Assembly (NCBI GenBank): GCA_951406725.2 | Contig: OX597818.1 | Coordinates: 124,434,001-124,498,000 of the forward strand | DNA: 64,000 bases | From: Octopus vulgaris | Lineage: Eukaryota | Direction: 5' to 3' | Part shown: positions 38,312 through 52,966 of the stretch, one piece after another | How the letters are laid out: every line of letters starts with the position of its first letter | Position numbering within the stretch: position 1 is the stretch's first letter | The notes under the pieces: generated by a model | Database searches by the model: none | What the model was told of the DNA's origin: nothing | What the model saw: the letters and a program-made list of their open reading frames with translations, nothing else | Program-made: the position numbers and the translations under genes

Positions 38312-38317
38312 ATCAGC

Positions 38318-38360
<43 letters not shown>

Positions 38361-38363
<3 letters not shown>

Positions 38364-38526
38364 TGCAGGAGTGGCTGTGTGGTAAGTAGCTTGCTTACCA
38401 ACCACATGGTTCCGGGTTCAGTCCCACTGTGTGGCACCTTGGGCAAGTGTCTTCTACTATAGCCTCGGGCTGACCAAAGCCTTGTGAGTGGATTAGGTAG
38501 ACGGAAACTGAAAGAAGCCCATCGTA

Positions 38527-38559
<33 letters not shown>

Positions 38560-38780
38560 GCGTGTATGTGTTTGTGTGTCTGTGTTTCTTCCCCTAGCAT
38601 TGCTTGACAACCGATGCTGGTGTGTTTATGTCCCCGTTACTTAGTGGTTCGGCAAAAGGGACCGATAGAATAAGTACTGGGCTTACAAAAGAATAAGTCC
38701 TGGGGGTCGAGTTGCTCGATTAAAGGCGGTGCTCCAACATGGCCACAGTCAAATGACTGAAACAAGTAAAAGAGTAGAAA
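38361..38780 (+). mobile_element. SINE family A
   Basis: Full family A consensus. Confidence 0.92.
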
Positions 38781-39694
38781 GATATATATATATATATATA
38801 CACTTCTATTTTAATGTCTCCAAAAAGATGAAAAGCAGAGTGACCTCATTGGAATTTAAACTCAGAATGTAAAGACAGGCACAAATGCAGCTAAACATTC
38901 ATAATGATAATGATAATTGTTGTTTTTTTTTATTAGCCATGTTGTTTCTTTAAGGGCTCATATATACAAAAATTTGAAAATTCTCGCACACACACACACA
39001 ATCATGTATGCACACACACACTCACTCACAAACACACACACACAAACATATATATACACTCCCTCTCTCTCTTTCGGAGAGGCACTGAGCAGCTATACGC
39101 ACGCATACACACACACGGCAGTAACTTCCGCCTACCGAATTCAATCACAAAGCTTCGGTCGGCTCGGGGCTATAGTGGAAAACACCTACCCAAAGTGCCA
39201 CGCAGTGGGACTGAACCCGAAACCATGTAGCTAGGAAGCAAGCTCCCTAACCACACAGCCATGCCCATGTAAAAGAAACAGATGGAGTTAAAACATGAAA
39301 CTATACATTTAAATAGGTTAAAACCTTAGTATACACAACAAATATAAATAATTATGACTAAGAGCAACCCACCCATCCAAGAGCAAGATGCCACAACTTA
39401 GGGTAGAATCAGTGTACTCCATGACTTACTACCTTCTACTTTAGTCACTTTTTGCAAATTGAGTTCTCCAAAATTATCCCCTGAGCAGTTTTAGCCTTAG
39501 TTGAGCCATGATGTCCCCCACAACTATGAAACATAATCCCTTAATGTTCAGTAGTGCTCTGCTCCTTGACCTACTCTTCATAAAATCAACCATCTGTCAT
39601 CTAGAATTGTTTTGGTACTCCTGCCTCCTCACCAACCATTTCCACCTCACTCACCACAGTATCTGATACATCCTTATTTAGATCAATAATGAAA

Positions 39695-40036
39695 GGGTAA
39701 AGACCCCACTTTGGTCATCAATGACCATGAGATTGCACCTAGAAAATTACCCTCTGAGGCACAAGTCCAGGCAAGGTTGTTTATGGAAGACCAGCAGTCG
39801 CCCAGGCATACCACCCTCCCTTCTCCACACCACTGATGTTAACCAAGGGAAGGGCAAAGGCTGCTACAGCTTGGCACTCTTTCTATAGTGATGTTGCAAC
39901 TCATTTCTATAGTTGCGTGAATGGGAATGGCATGAATTAAAGTGTCTTGCTCAAGAACACAACACACAGCTCAGTTCAGGAATTGAACTCATTACCACAT
40001 GATTGTCAGCCTGATGCTCTAGCCACTGAGCCATGT
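39695..40036 (-). mobile_element. tRNA-derived CORE-like SINE (family F)
   Basis: Minus strand TGGCTCAGTGG (A box), GAGTTCAATTCC (B box), then CORE-like GTGTTCTTGAGCAAGACACTTT. Confidence 0.7.
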
Positions 40037-40867
40037 AACCTTTTAGATCAATTATTGAGGCTTTTTTTTCTTTGATCATCCTTGGCGATGGGCTGCACTT
40101 TGTGAGAGACTTCCGGCTTCTTACTTATCTCATAATGATACTCTTTTACCTCCCATTTCTTTTTCTTAGTGATTTCCTCTCTTTCTCTAATTTTTACCTG
40201 CTTCCCATACTGTAAGACAACATGACGATACTACTGTGCATAGACTCTAACTGGTTCTACATTAGGGAAGGAGACCTCTTGGCTTGTTGGTCATCATCAG
40301 ATCCTAATACTGAGAGTATTAAGAAGAAAGCAAGTTTACTTGCTTCTGTTGAGGTCACTCCTGAAAGTCTGATCAGTGATGTTCTTGTTTGTTCATCAGT
40401 TTTTCCTCTTCTTCTATGCAGAAAGCTCTCAAGTGGCTTTATGACAACTTCTAAACCTCCTCTCTTGCACCACCATTCTTAAAAACCACACATGCTTCCA
40501 CGTTTTTTCAGTCAATGGAGCACATCCTGTCACACAGAGATCAAGGCTTCTTCTAACTCCTTTTATAGACATACATCACTTTCCTCCTTGCCATTTCTTT
40601 TCTTACTTCTCATTTACAGACAAGCCAATGACAAGGCTTCTGCATTGTTGCACGACATGCTAGAAATAGCAACCAAACCTCCTTTAAATCATTCTTTATC
40701 ATCTCAAAAATGGAAGGGCGTATTGGATAGGTAAGTTATGTAATTTAAGCTGCACAATCTCTGAAAAAGATGACTGAGTAACAGCTGGAGTGTCATTTGA
40801 TCATAGGTCTGCTTGATCACTTACTGAAATGATGAAAACAAACAGATTTGTTCCCCATATGATTTTA

Positions 40868-41223
40868 AATAATAATAATGAAATTATTGTATACAGTGCT
40901 CAGGTGCACCACAACTCGTCAGAAAGTGCGTATAAAGTATATGCAGTAATGTACAAATGTCTGGAAAGCGAACAATGTATGAGTCAGATACATGCTTGCG
41001 TGTGTATGGAGGGGAGAAAATCAGGTATAGTGTTGGCGAATCTCAGAAAGCATGGAAGTTTTGAAGGATGCAGTGCTCCGACAACTAACAACTGATGCCA
41101 GCAGTGTGTTCCATGCTTCAGCAACTCTCAGCGTGAAAAAATATTTCCTAAAAGTCATGGGAGCTGTGCGGTTTTCTGACTTTGTAAATATGTCCACGGG
41201 TGTTAGACGGGTGGAGTTTGAAA
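40868..41223 (-). mobile_element. 5'-truncated CR1-like LINE 3' end
   Basis: FKLHPSNTRGHIYKVRKPHSSHDFRKYFFTLRVAEAWNTL...FKTSMLSEIRQHYT* (stop 41021-41023), 3'UTR, (ATT)n tail. Confidence 0.85.
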
Positions 41224-42561
41224 TGGGTTAGGGGTAGAATTTAAAATGGCAAGATGTCATATTTGATATACTCAACAGCATCCCCCCCACACACACAGAC
41301 ACATACACTTCACTGTTTACACGCCAAAAAAATAATTACTGGTTGGGATAATTGAATTGCTTAAAACATAGCTTTGTTTTTGAAGATAATTGCTTCTCAG
41401 GCAAAAATCCTAAATGTTTTATCCTGACTTAAGCACTTAATGTTTGAAATTTTGTGTGAATGATTTCATTCTCACCACTACCCACCATGCCTGCTCCTGC
41501 TTCACCCAGCCCTGTGAACTTGAGATAGATTTTATAATCGTTCATAATATCAATCAGTTATCTAACTCAAGCTCAGATAGGGTTTTTATGCAGCCGATAA
41601 TCACTTTGCAGATTTATCCTTAAATATCATAAGCTGAACTTATCCGTTTATGATAGATTAATAGATTTAGGTTACAAGGAATTCATTACCACATGCAAAA
41701 ATTTCAGCATCTTTATTTATATATTTATTTTCATATTTATTTATATTTTATAGATTGCTATTTTGTTTTAGAAATTTTTTTTTTCTTTGTTAGTTAATAC
41801 AAAAATCTCTTGGAGATGTTTTACATAAAACTAAGTAGCTATTTTAAGATCACTGCTATAAATAGCTATTGATCTATCTATATATACCTGCATGTATATA
41901 TATGTGTGTGTGAGAGCGAGAGAGAAATTGACTTCATGCACTTAGTTCAAATCAATTCAGCCAAACATCAAATGTCCACATGTCTTTATCTATTTCAAAC
42001 TCATGATACTCATCAAAGGATGATTACTCTTATTGATCTCAAGTGGTTGACCTAATCACCTGTTTTAAAATCACCCTCTAGACATTGAGTACCTGTATCC
42101 AAGTCCAGTATATTGCAAGTATTTGAAGTGGGTCTCTAATCTTACAATGACTTGATATTTTGATACACTGTAATCCAACGGTCAGAGTTTCTTCTTCTCT
42201 TTCCTCCTTGTCCATCTCATAGGTTCAGCAAAGATTATGGATGCTGCTCATCTTCTTTTTAACCGAACCATAAGGAAAAAAGATAAAGCAATTGGTCTTG
42301 TTTTTAATAAGCATATCATCATTTTCATCATCGTTGTTTTAACAGTTTTTTCTTCTGTATTTGCATGGGGTGAATGGAATTTGTTGAGATGGATTTTTTT
42401 ACAGCTGGATGCCTTTCCTGTTCACCAACCCTTATTTGTGTTTAAGTAAATAATTCTCCACATACAGACGTTTTCATGGAAGAACGGAAATGATGGACAT
42501 TCACTTGCATGACAGCGACACTCATTTAATGCTGACACACCATTTTAAAAGAAGGTGACAG

Positions 42562-42633
<72 letters not shown>

Positions 42634-43269
42634 ACGCACACACACATGCACACACACATTTATACACAATGACCTTCTTTCAGTTTCAATCTACCACATT
42701 CATTCATGAAGCTTTGGTCAGCTCAAGGCTACAATAGAATACTTTCCCAAGGTGCCACACACTGGGGTTGAACCCAAAACCGTGTGGTTGGGAAGCAAAC
42801 GTCTTACCATACAGTGATATCTGTGCCTTATATTTATATAGAAAGGTGAATGAAATTGAATAAAGTTCACGCTTTTCCGAAAAGTATTTCAGACATAGAT
42901 GTGGTGAAATAGCTACAACAAAAAAAATCAATTTTAAATTATACACTTGTCTTTCTGAAAGCTTATCGTCGTACTATGATGAGTTAAAATTTTGGCTAAA
43001 GACCAAGAATTTTAAGGGAGAGAATAATTCCTTTACATCAGCCCCAGTATTCAACTGGTACTTTTGTTTTATCAACTTTGAAGGAATGAAAAGCAAAGTC
43101 AGCCTTGACAGAATTTGAACCCAGAATGTAAAAAGCTAGTAGAAACACTACACTTTGTCAGATGTGCCAACAATTCTACCATCTCAGCACCTTTGTCTAT
43201 TCTATAATACTGACTAGAAACTTAGTGTACAAGCAGCACAGTTATGTTCTTAGCTGTTAGGATTATGTG

Positions 43270-43655
43270 TGAAGCACTCCGTCGGTTACGACGACGAGGG
43301 TTCCGGTTGATCCGAATCAACGGAACAGCCTGCTCGTGAAATTAACTTGTAAGTGGCTGAGCACTCCACAGACACATGCACCCTTAACGTAGTTCTCGGG
43401 GATATTCAGCATGACACAGAGAGTGACAAGGCCGGCCCCTTGAAATACAGGTACAACAGAAACAGGAAGTAAGAGTGAGAGAAAGTTGTGGTGAAAGAGT
43501 ACAGCAGGGATCACCACCATCCCCTGCCGGAGCCTCGTGGAGCTTTTAGGTGTTTTCGCTCAATAAACACTCACAACGCCCGGTCTGGGAATCGAAACCG
43601 CGATCCTACGACCGCGAGTCCGCTGCCCTAACCACTGGGCCATTGCGCCTCCACC
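43270..43655 (-). mobile_element. tRNA-derived SINE family E, full length with 13-bp TSD
   Basis: A box TGGCCCAGTGG, B box GGTTTCGATTCC; TSD TTAGGATTATGTG at 43257-43269 and 43656-43668. Confidence 0.92.
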
Positions 43656-43930
43656 TTAGGATTATGTGCATAAAGTACTTCATACAAACAAAAGTGGTCT
43701 GCGTATGTCTCATTGCAAACATTGTATTGTACTCTGTATTGTAGAAGAAACTTTATTTCACCCTGTGGTTTCATACGAAATATTCTTCCTTGCAATGTTT
43801 TGTTCTTACGACAATGTTGTACATATATCTTCTTGTTGAAATTTTCTCTCTTATGTGCCATTTACTGCATAACTCTGTACCAACTGTCTTCCACTTTATA
43901 ATTAGAAATTTTGTATTAGAAAATCAGCTG

Positions 43931-43970
<40 letters not shown>

Positions 43971-45325
43971 ATGCATGTGTGTGTGCATGTGTGACAACAA
44001 ACACTAATAAGAAAACGAGAAGGTAGTGAGAAGCAGGTAATATGCAACAGAAGAAAGAATGTTAACTAATGAGAGACAAAAAGGAAAGAAAGAAAGAAAG
44101 AAAGGCAGAAAGAAAGAAAGAAAGAAAGGAAGAAAGAAAGAAAGAAAGAAAGGAGCAACAGTTGCCAAGAAGAGGCAGCTGGTGAAAGAAAGGAAGAATT
44201 AGGGATGCACAGTAAAACAAAGAGGCCGGAAGAAAGAAGCTGAACAACAAGATGACTACGAGAGACGGATGACATAGAGGATGTATTGCCTTATGTACCT
44301 CTGGGTTGATAAACTAAACACAAGTTACACAAGTACATAGATTCATTAACCATAACTCTCCTTTTATACAAATAAAAACGAAAAGAAAAGGCAATTCTGT
44401 TTTAGACTTGGAATTTTTCTAGCAAATTCGAAATGCTATGCAGTTTGCGAATTTGGTTTTTTTTTTCTTTTTTGTTTGTTTTTGTTTTTTTTTGTTTTTT
44501 TTTTGTTTTTTTACGGCTCATAGGCAAAGTCTGTAAATGTCAACTTGTTCATATTTGCTCTCTTTTATCATAGAAGTGCATTTCAAATTTGATATTCTTC
44601 CAATATTCATCAAGTCTCGTCTTGATGTGGTTTACTTGGCTTTATAACTCCTCTGTCTCCCTTGGTAACCGCTTCCAGTTTCTATGGAACCTGTTCAAGA
44701 TTTTGCTGTCTCGTTAGCTGACTGCAATACTTCTTGAATAATTTAGATGAAAAAAACCTCTCTTGTTATTCTATAAACATGTGTCGTGTCTTTCATTCTC
44801 GTTTATAGCTTTGAAAGCAAATCAAACACACACTAAGTCTTTACTCCATGCAGCAGGTGATACTTTTGAAGTATTTTCTTTTAGATTTCCAGTTATGAAT
44901 GTTAAAGAATTAGCATGATTTGTACTGCAGTTGATCCTCTTCCTTATACTATTTGGTTTCGGTTTTGACTTGTGTGAGTTAATACATGACATAAGATGAT
45001 CTGTTTACAGTTTACTAATTCTTCAAGATAACTGTAGTTGTCTCTAACCAGTATTGGTCAGATTTGTCCAAATATTATATTGTAATTTTTCTTTTTCAAA
45101 AACACCTCCTGTTTATAGCATTGCATCCATAAATTATTCTCAAATCTATACCATCAAATTACTTATTGCAAATATCAACACTATCAAATGCAAATACATA
45201 CATACTTACTTACATATATGTGTGTGTGAGTGTGTGTGTGTGTGTATAAACATATATGTAATATATGTCTATGTGCGTATTATATATATGTTATGTATGT
45301 AAATATATATATGTTACATCATAGT

Positions 45326-45900
45326 ACTAACTAGGCGATCAGATGCTGTTACACACCACTGGTCACAATTCACTTCCAATTTTGTCTTGATTGCACAATT
45401 CTTTTCCATCTTGACCTAAATTACTTGACCAAATTGTCTTTCTATTGTTGTGGAGGTCTTCCAAGTGACCTTTTCTGATCTCTTGACTACTAGTCAGCAA
45501 CTGCACAGGTTGTCTATGAACTTTGGGACTTGTCTGGCTCAGCAGAACTTGTATGTTTATTACTCTGCAATCACATTGTTCCCTCTGCTCCATTCTCAAA
45601 TTATCTCATTTCAAATGTGCTCTTTTAGTGATATTCTTAGCAGGGTTCTTTCCCTGGCTCTTTGCATTGTAGTCAACCAACGTTCTATCCTGTTTGTAGT
45701 AGCTCACATCTCACTCACATATAAGAGTGCAGGTAGAACAGTGTGCTATTGAAGAGTTTGACATGTATGGCATTGTATAGATTTGTTTGGAGCATATTTC
45801 TTGAGTTAAATGCCTCCCAACATGCCCTTGTTCTCTTTGAGACTTTAGCATCCATATCTCAGTGCATATTCACTGTGGTCTCTGGTCTTGACCTGTCTAT
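45326..45900 (-). mobile_element. Degenerate RTE-clade LINE 3' fragment
   Basis: Broken frames: KRTRACWEAFNS, KLFNS..LPALLYVSEM, MQRARERTLLRISLKEHI*NEII, KRSLGRPP. Confidence 0.75.
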
Positions 45901-46094
45901 TCCATTTTGTTTTTCTGACAGAAAGATAAGGAGATGCAGAGAGGAACAGGTGGCCATTAAAGAGTTCACAGAACATGGGACAGAAAAACTCTGACAAGTA
46001 ATGTAATAATAATGATAAGGCTAAAGTGAAGATCAAATGAAGAGTAAAATGACCATCTTCAAATATAACAGAATTTGTATCTTATATATTACAT

Positions 46095-46400
46095 ATCATC
46101 ATCATCATCATCATTTAGCGTCCGCTTTCCATGCTAACATGGGTTTGACGGTTCAACTGGGGTCTGTGAAGCCGGAAGGCTGCATCAGGCCCAGTCTGAT
46201 CTGGCAGTGTTTCTACGGCTGGATGCCCTTCCTAACGCCAACCACTCCGTGAGTGTAGTGGGTGCTTTTTACGTGCCACCCGCACAGATGCCAGACGGAG
46301 CTGGCAAACGGCCACGAATGGATGGTGCTTTTACGTGCCACCGGCACGGAGACCAGACGGGGCAGCGCCGGCAACGGCCACAATTGGATGGTTCGCTTAA
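46095..46400 (-). mobile_element. Family C long 3'UTR fragment
   Basis: Near-identical to the reverse complement of 25200-25512. Confidence 0.88.
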
Positions 46401-46673
46401 CCATATATATATATATACTTATGAGAGTGCATGACCTAGTAATTAGGGTGTCAAAAATTTGAAATCATTATTATTAAGGCAGCAAGCTTACACAAGTGTT
46501 AACATGCTTAGCAGCATTTCATCTGTCTTTACATTCAATTTTTTCTAAGGTTGACTTTGCCTTTCATCCTTTCAGAGTTGATAGGATAAGTACCAGTTGA
46601 GCACCAGGGTTGATGTAATTGACTTACTTCCTCCCCCAAAACTACTGAGATTGTGTCAAACTATAAATAGTAA

Positions 46674-46875
46674 TTGTCTTTGCACAGCTTCTAATGCTGG
46701 AGATGTACTATGGTGCCAGCTGTTCACTACCAGTGAACTAAGGTAACACCCCTTATTTTTCAAGCACCATCTTGAGTATTCGAGTGGTTCTGCAAGTGCT
46801 CCACTCTTATTGCAGCCCCTATTTGTTCCATGTACTTCCCAAGATTTTTACTCACTGTTCCCAGGACTCCAACAA
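46674..46875 (-). mobile_element. R4/Dong-like (restriction-like endonuclease) LINE 3' fragment
   Basis: IVGVLGTVSKNLGKYMEQIGAAIRVEHLQ/TTRILKMVLEK* (stop 46753-46755) resembles the R4-clade C-terminus; short 3'UTR follows. Confidence 0.7.
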
Positions 46876-46935
46876 TTCATCAGGTGTCATGGGGAAATTT
46901 CGAACCTGGGTTCTCATTCCTAAGGTATTTTTCGA

Positions 46936-47001
<66 letters not shown>

Positions 47002-47018
47002 AGTCACTGCCCTGGAAC
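46876..47018 (-). mobile_element. Inverted partial copy of the adjacent HHR-bearing SINE-like element
   Basis: Reverse complement reads TTCCAGGGCAGTGACTTGAAT(AAT)n...AAAAATACCTTAGGAATGAGAACCCAGGTTCGAAATTTCCCCATGACACCTGATGAA. Confidence 0.85.
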
Positions 47019-47019
47019 C

Positions 47020-47292
47020 GTGGGCATATGGCATAGTGGCTAAGAGCGCGGGCTACTAACCCCAAGATTCCGAGTTCGATTCCAGGCAGTGACCTGAATA
47101 ATAATAATGATAATAATGATAATAATAATAATAATAATAATGATAACATTGAAAAATACCTTAGGAATGAGAACCCAGGTTTGAAATTTCCCCCAAGACA
47201 CCTGATAAAGGTTGGAGGGTATATCAGCTGAAAGATTGTTAACAACAAACAAGATGAGGACAAATATCCATCAAATGTAAATAATGTAAATA
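47020..47292 (+). mobile_element. tRNA-headed SINE-like element with a 3' hammerhead motif
   Basis: A box TGGCATAGTGG 47029-47039, B box GAGTTCGATTCC 47072-47083, (AAT)n, then ACAC-CTGATAA-A-GGTTG...CAGCT-GAAA 47198-47233. Confidence 0.7.
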
Positions 47293-47295
47293 ATG

Positions 47296-47366
<71 letters not shown>

Positions 47367-48534
47367 CATCAGCATCATCAGCATCATCATCATCATCATT
47401 ATTATTATTATGATTATTATTATTATTATTGTTATTTTGTTAAAAAATAAATTTATGGTAATATATATCTCCATGACTGTATTGTATACATGCAGAAGGA
47501 ATTACATTTCTGGGTTTTCCTCTCTCTCCCTCTCTTTCTCTCTATCTCTATCTCTTGCTTGCTCTCTCTCTCTCTTTTTCTTTCCCTCTTGATCAGATAG
47601 AAGAGATAGTTTTGTTGTTTTTTAAATTTTATTTTGCTTGAGAACTGTCATAACATTCTGCAACGATGACTGTGGTGGTGATGAAGACGATGACACTGAT
47701 GACAAAAATGATGACTGATGATGATGATGAAGATGATGAAGACACTGTGAAGGAGGAAGCAGTGGGGATGGTGAGAGTGATGGGCTCAGGAGAAGGGGTA
47801 ACACGACATTAGATTATTTGAGTTTTTACATCTACCGTTTCGATGACTGACATTTTATTTACCTTCCTTAATAAGCTTCTAATTACTAACCTAATTTCTT
47901 ATTTTATTTTATTTTATTTTATTTCATTTTATTTTATTCTATTCCATTTGGTATTTACTTTCTTTTTTAATTTGTTTTTTATTGTATTTGTTTTTGTTGT
48001 TTAGTAGCTTAGTAAAGGTAAGGCTTAATGACTTGATGAAAATAAACGGTGGGGGGGGGGAGCTGAATTAGGAGGGGGGTGGGGTGGATAGAGGAAGAAA
48101 AATAAAATAAAAGTTGAAAGAAAGAAGGAGAAGAAAGAAAGAAAGAAAGAAAGAAGGGAAGATGATTATCAATAACAACAACAACAACAATGAAAATTAA
48201 AAAAAAAAAATAAACTATCAAGAAAAAAAATAAAATAAAAATAGATTCAAAAGCTTTAAATTGCTTTAGAAAAGAGAGGAGTATTTCTTGCAGTGACTGT
48301 GTAATTTCCTTTTCAGTACAATCAAGTGTTTATTCATTATTCCTTAATTTCATAAAAGCAGCAGCAGTGGCAGCAGCAGCAGCAGCAGTGGCGTGGGTGG
48401 TGGTGGTGGTGGTGGTGGTAACAATAGTATTAACCTTCCTCTTTGTTGTCTTCTTGAAGTACACCATCTTCACGGCTGCTTCCAATGTCTTATGATTTGT
48501 TATTATTGAGTATGGTAGTGGTAGTGGTAGTGGT

Positions 48535-50725
<2,191 letters not shown>

Positions 50726-51002
50726 TTAAAGGAGGGTGATAGATTGGCAGAAATATGTTATTGTATTTAGTTAGCTCCCTTTACTAACTAAGTTTTGATG
50801 TTAATGTATTCAGCTTTACCTTTCATTCCTCCATGGCCATAAAGAACAAAAAACATTGTAATATACTTGGGTTGATATAGCTCATCTTAAAATTTAATCA
50901 GTGATCAAATCCATTCCTTAAAATCTTGAAAGTTTGTGCCCAAATAAGGCGTTGTACAGAAAAATCTTATGTTTAGTAAAGCTTTCTGTCTGGGAAAAGG
51001 AG

Positions 51003-51125
51003 ATGGATGGATGGATGGATGGATGGACAGGTAGGTAGGTAGATAGATAGGTAGGTAGGTAGATAGATAGGTAGGTAGGTAGGTAGGTAGGTAGGTAGGT
51101 AGAGGAGAGGTGAGAGAGAGAGAGA
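51003..51125. repeat. (GGAT)/(AGGT)/(AGAT) tetranucleotide microsatellite
   Basis: Seen directly. Confidence 0.9.
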
Positions 51126-51779
51126 GCAGGCTGTTGACTTTGAAGGTCTTCATTCTTCATTCAATTAGACGTCAAAACAGTAAGACTTCTTGTTACCACA
51201 ATCAGTTAACATCTTGATTGAGGAGAGAGAGAGATAGAGGAAGTAGGAAGAGAGAGAGAGAGAGAAGGAAAGCATAAGAGTAAGGAGGGGAACATTTATA
51301 AAAGAAAAAAGACAATAGTAAAAAAAAAATAGGAGGAGCCAAACTAGAATACCCAGGAGTGAACACTAGAGTGAAATAATTACAAGAAAAGAAAACAAGA
51401 GTAAAATAAAATAAATACATAAAATAACAACAAAACGATAATAAAAATAAAAATGGAAAAGTATTTGTTAAGAAAACAAAATTAATTAGAAATGAAATCA
51501 ATAGAGACGTATTATTATTAGTTAAGACTACAATACACTGTAGATGTTTCTAGAAGTTGAAGAAAACAGAACTCCTCTTCACTTCCACTTGCCAATACAA
51601 AAGAACAAACAAAAACAAAATGTAAACAAAATATATATACATCATAAATTTCTATGAAATAATGGAGATTATTTTTTAAAAATTACATGGAAAATAAATA
51701 AATAATGACTTAGCTATCTTTTAAAGTTGATGAACTTTTCAGAATATCGATATACCTTATATATATGTATTTAGACAGT

Positions 51780-52432
51780 TGCTTAATATGGCTGGTCAAA
51801 GAGTGACCATTGGTTTTGCATGTATGATGCACTTAGCTGTATAGCCTGCTTATTAGACTCAGATGGCCAAAGACACATAACCTCTCTACAACTGGAGCAA
51901 GGAATTCATGATAGTCAGTTAATTCTGTAAACAAATAAATTCCAGAACAAAGCTCTACTGGCAAACCTTGGGTGAGGTGGGTTTATCTCCTTCAGATTGG
52001 TTCCAGTTATGTCCATGGCAGGCTTGCTGATAATGGCTGAAGATGGTAGCATTTCTCTACTTGGCAAACAGGGAATTCCATGTCTTCAACACAAATTTCC
52101 TGTAATGAGGGTACTGACTAAACATTTCTTTGAAGTTTAAAAAGATTTCAGGTCAAGTGAGTTTTTTTTTTTTCAGGATTCTTGCTCTTTCAGCCAATCA
52201 AAACTTATACCGTTTGCTCCCATTGAGGTATAGCCCTAATTGTTCTAGAAGCCTCCATTTTATTATGTATGGCATACCCTCCTCTTTTAAATTCCCTACA
52301 TAGCTGACCAGGGACATGATGTTGCACCTCTCCAGTAAGAGGACCTATGATTGCTAAGACGTTTTAATTTCCCACCTGTAGATCCAACATATTTCCTTAT
52401 ATGTGCCCTTGTGCTGACGATGTTACAGCTGC
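51780..52432 (-). mobile_element. Penelope-like element 3' remnant (GIY-YIG endonuclease C-terminus plus downstream HHR)
   Basis: Minus strand IRKYVGSTGGKLKRLSNHRSS / SLVSYVGNLKEEGMPYIIKWRLLEQ..YLNGSKRYKF*LAEKSK / FLNFKEMFSQYPHYRKFVLKTW; degenerate HHR at 51801-51860. Confidence 0.75.
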
Positions 52433-52449
52433 TGTTGTGCTGTCATTAT

Positions 52450-52480
<31 letters not shown>

Positions 52481-52560
52481 ATTGTTGCTGTCATTGTTGG
52501 ATGTGTTATTGGTGCAACAGTTTCTCCCCAAAAAAGATGTGTGTGTATATCATCATTTCA

Positions 52561-52731
52561 GGCGTAGGAGTGGCTGTGTGGTAAGTAGCTTGCTTACCAA
52601 CCACATGGTTCCGGGTTCAGTCCCACTGCGTGGCACCTTGGGCAAGTGTCTTCTGCTATAGCCTCGGGCCGACCAAACCATCGTGAGTGGATTTGGTAGA
52701 CAGAAACTGAAAGAAGCCCGTTGTATATATG

Positions 52732-52775
<44 letters not shown>

Positions 52776-52966
52776 TATTTGTCCCCCCAACATCACTTGA
52801 CAACCGGTGCTGATGTGTTTACGTCCCCGTAACTTAGCGGTTCGGCAAAAGAGATCGATAGAATAAGTACTAGGCTTCCAAAGAATAAGTCCTAGGGTCG
52901 ATTTGCTCAACTAAAGGCAGTGCTCCAGCATAGCCGCAGTCAAATGACTGAAACAAGTAAAAGAGT
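52561..52966 (+). mobile_element. SINE family A
   Basis: Full family A consensus. Confidence 0.92.

Noticed and set aside
47020-47095. Functional tRNA gene
   Set aside because: A and B boxes are present but the acceptor stem does not pair, and it continues into a repeat body; same for the heads of families A, B, E, F and G
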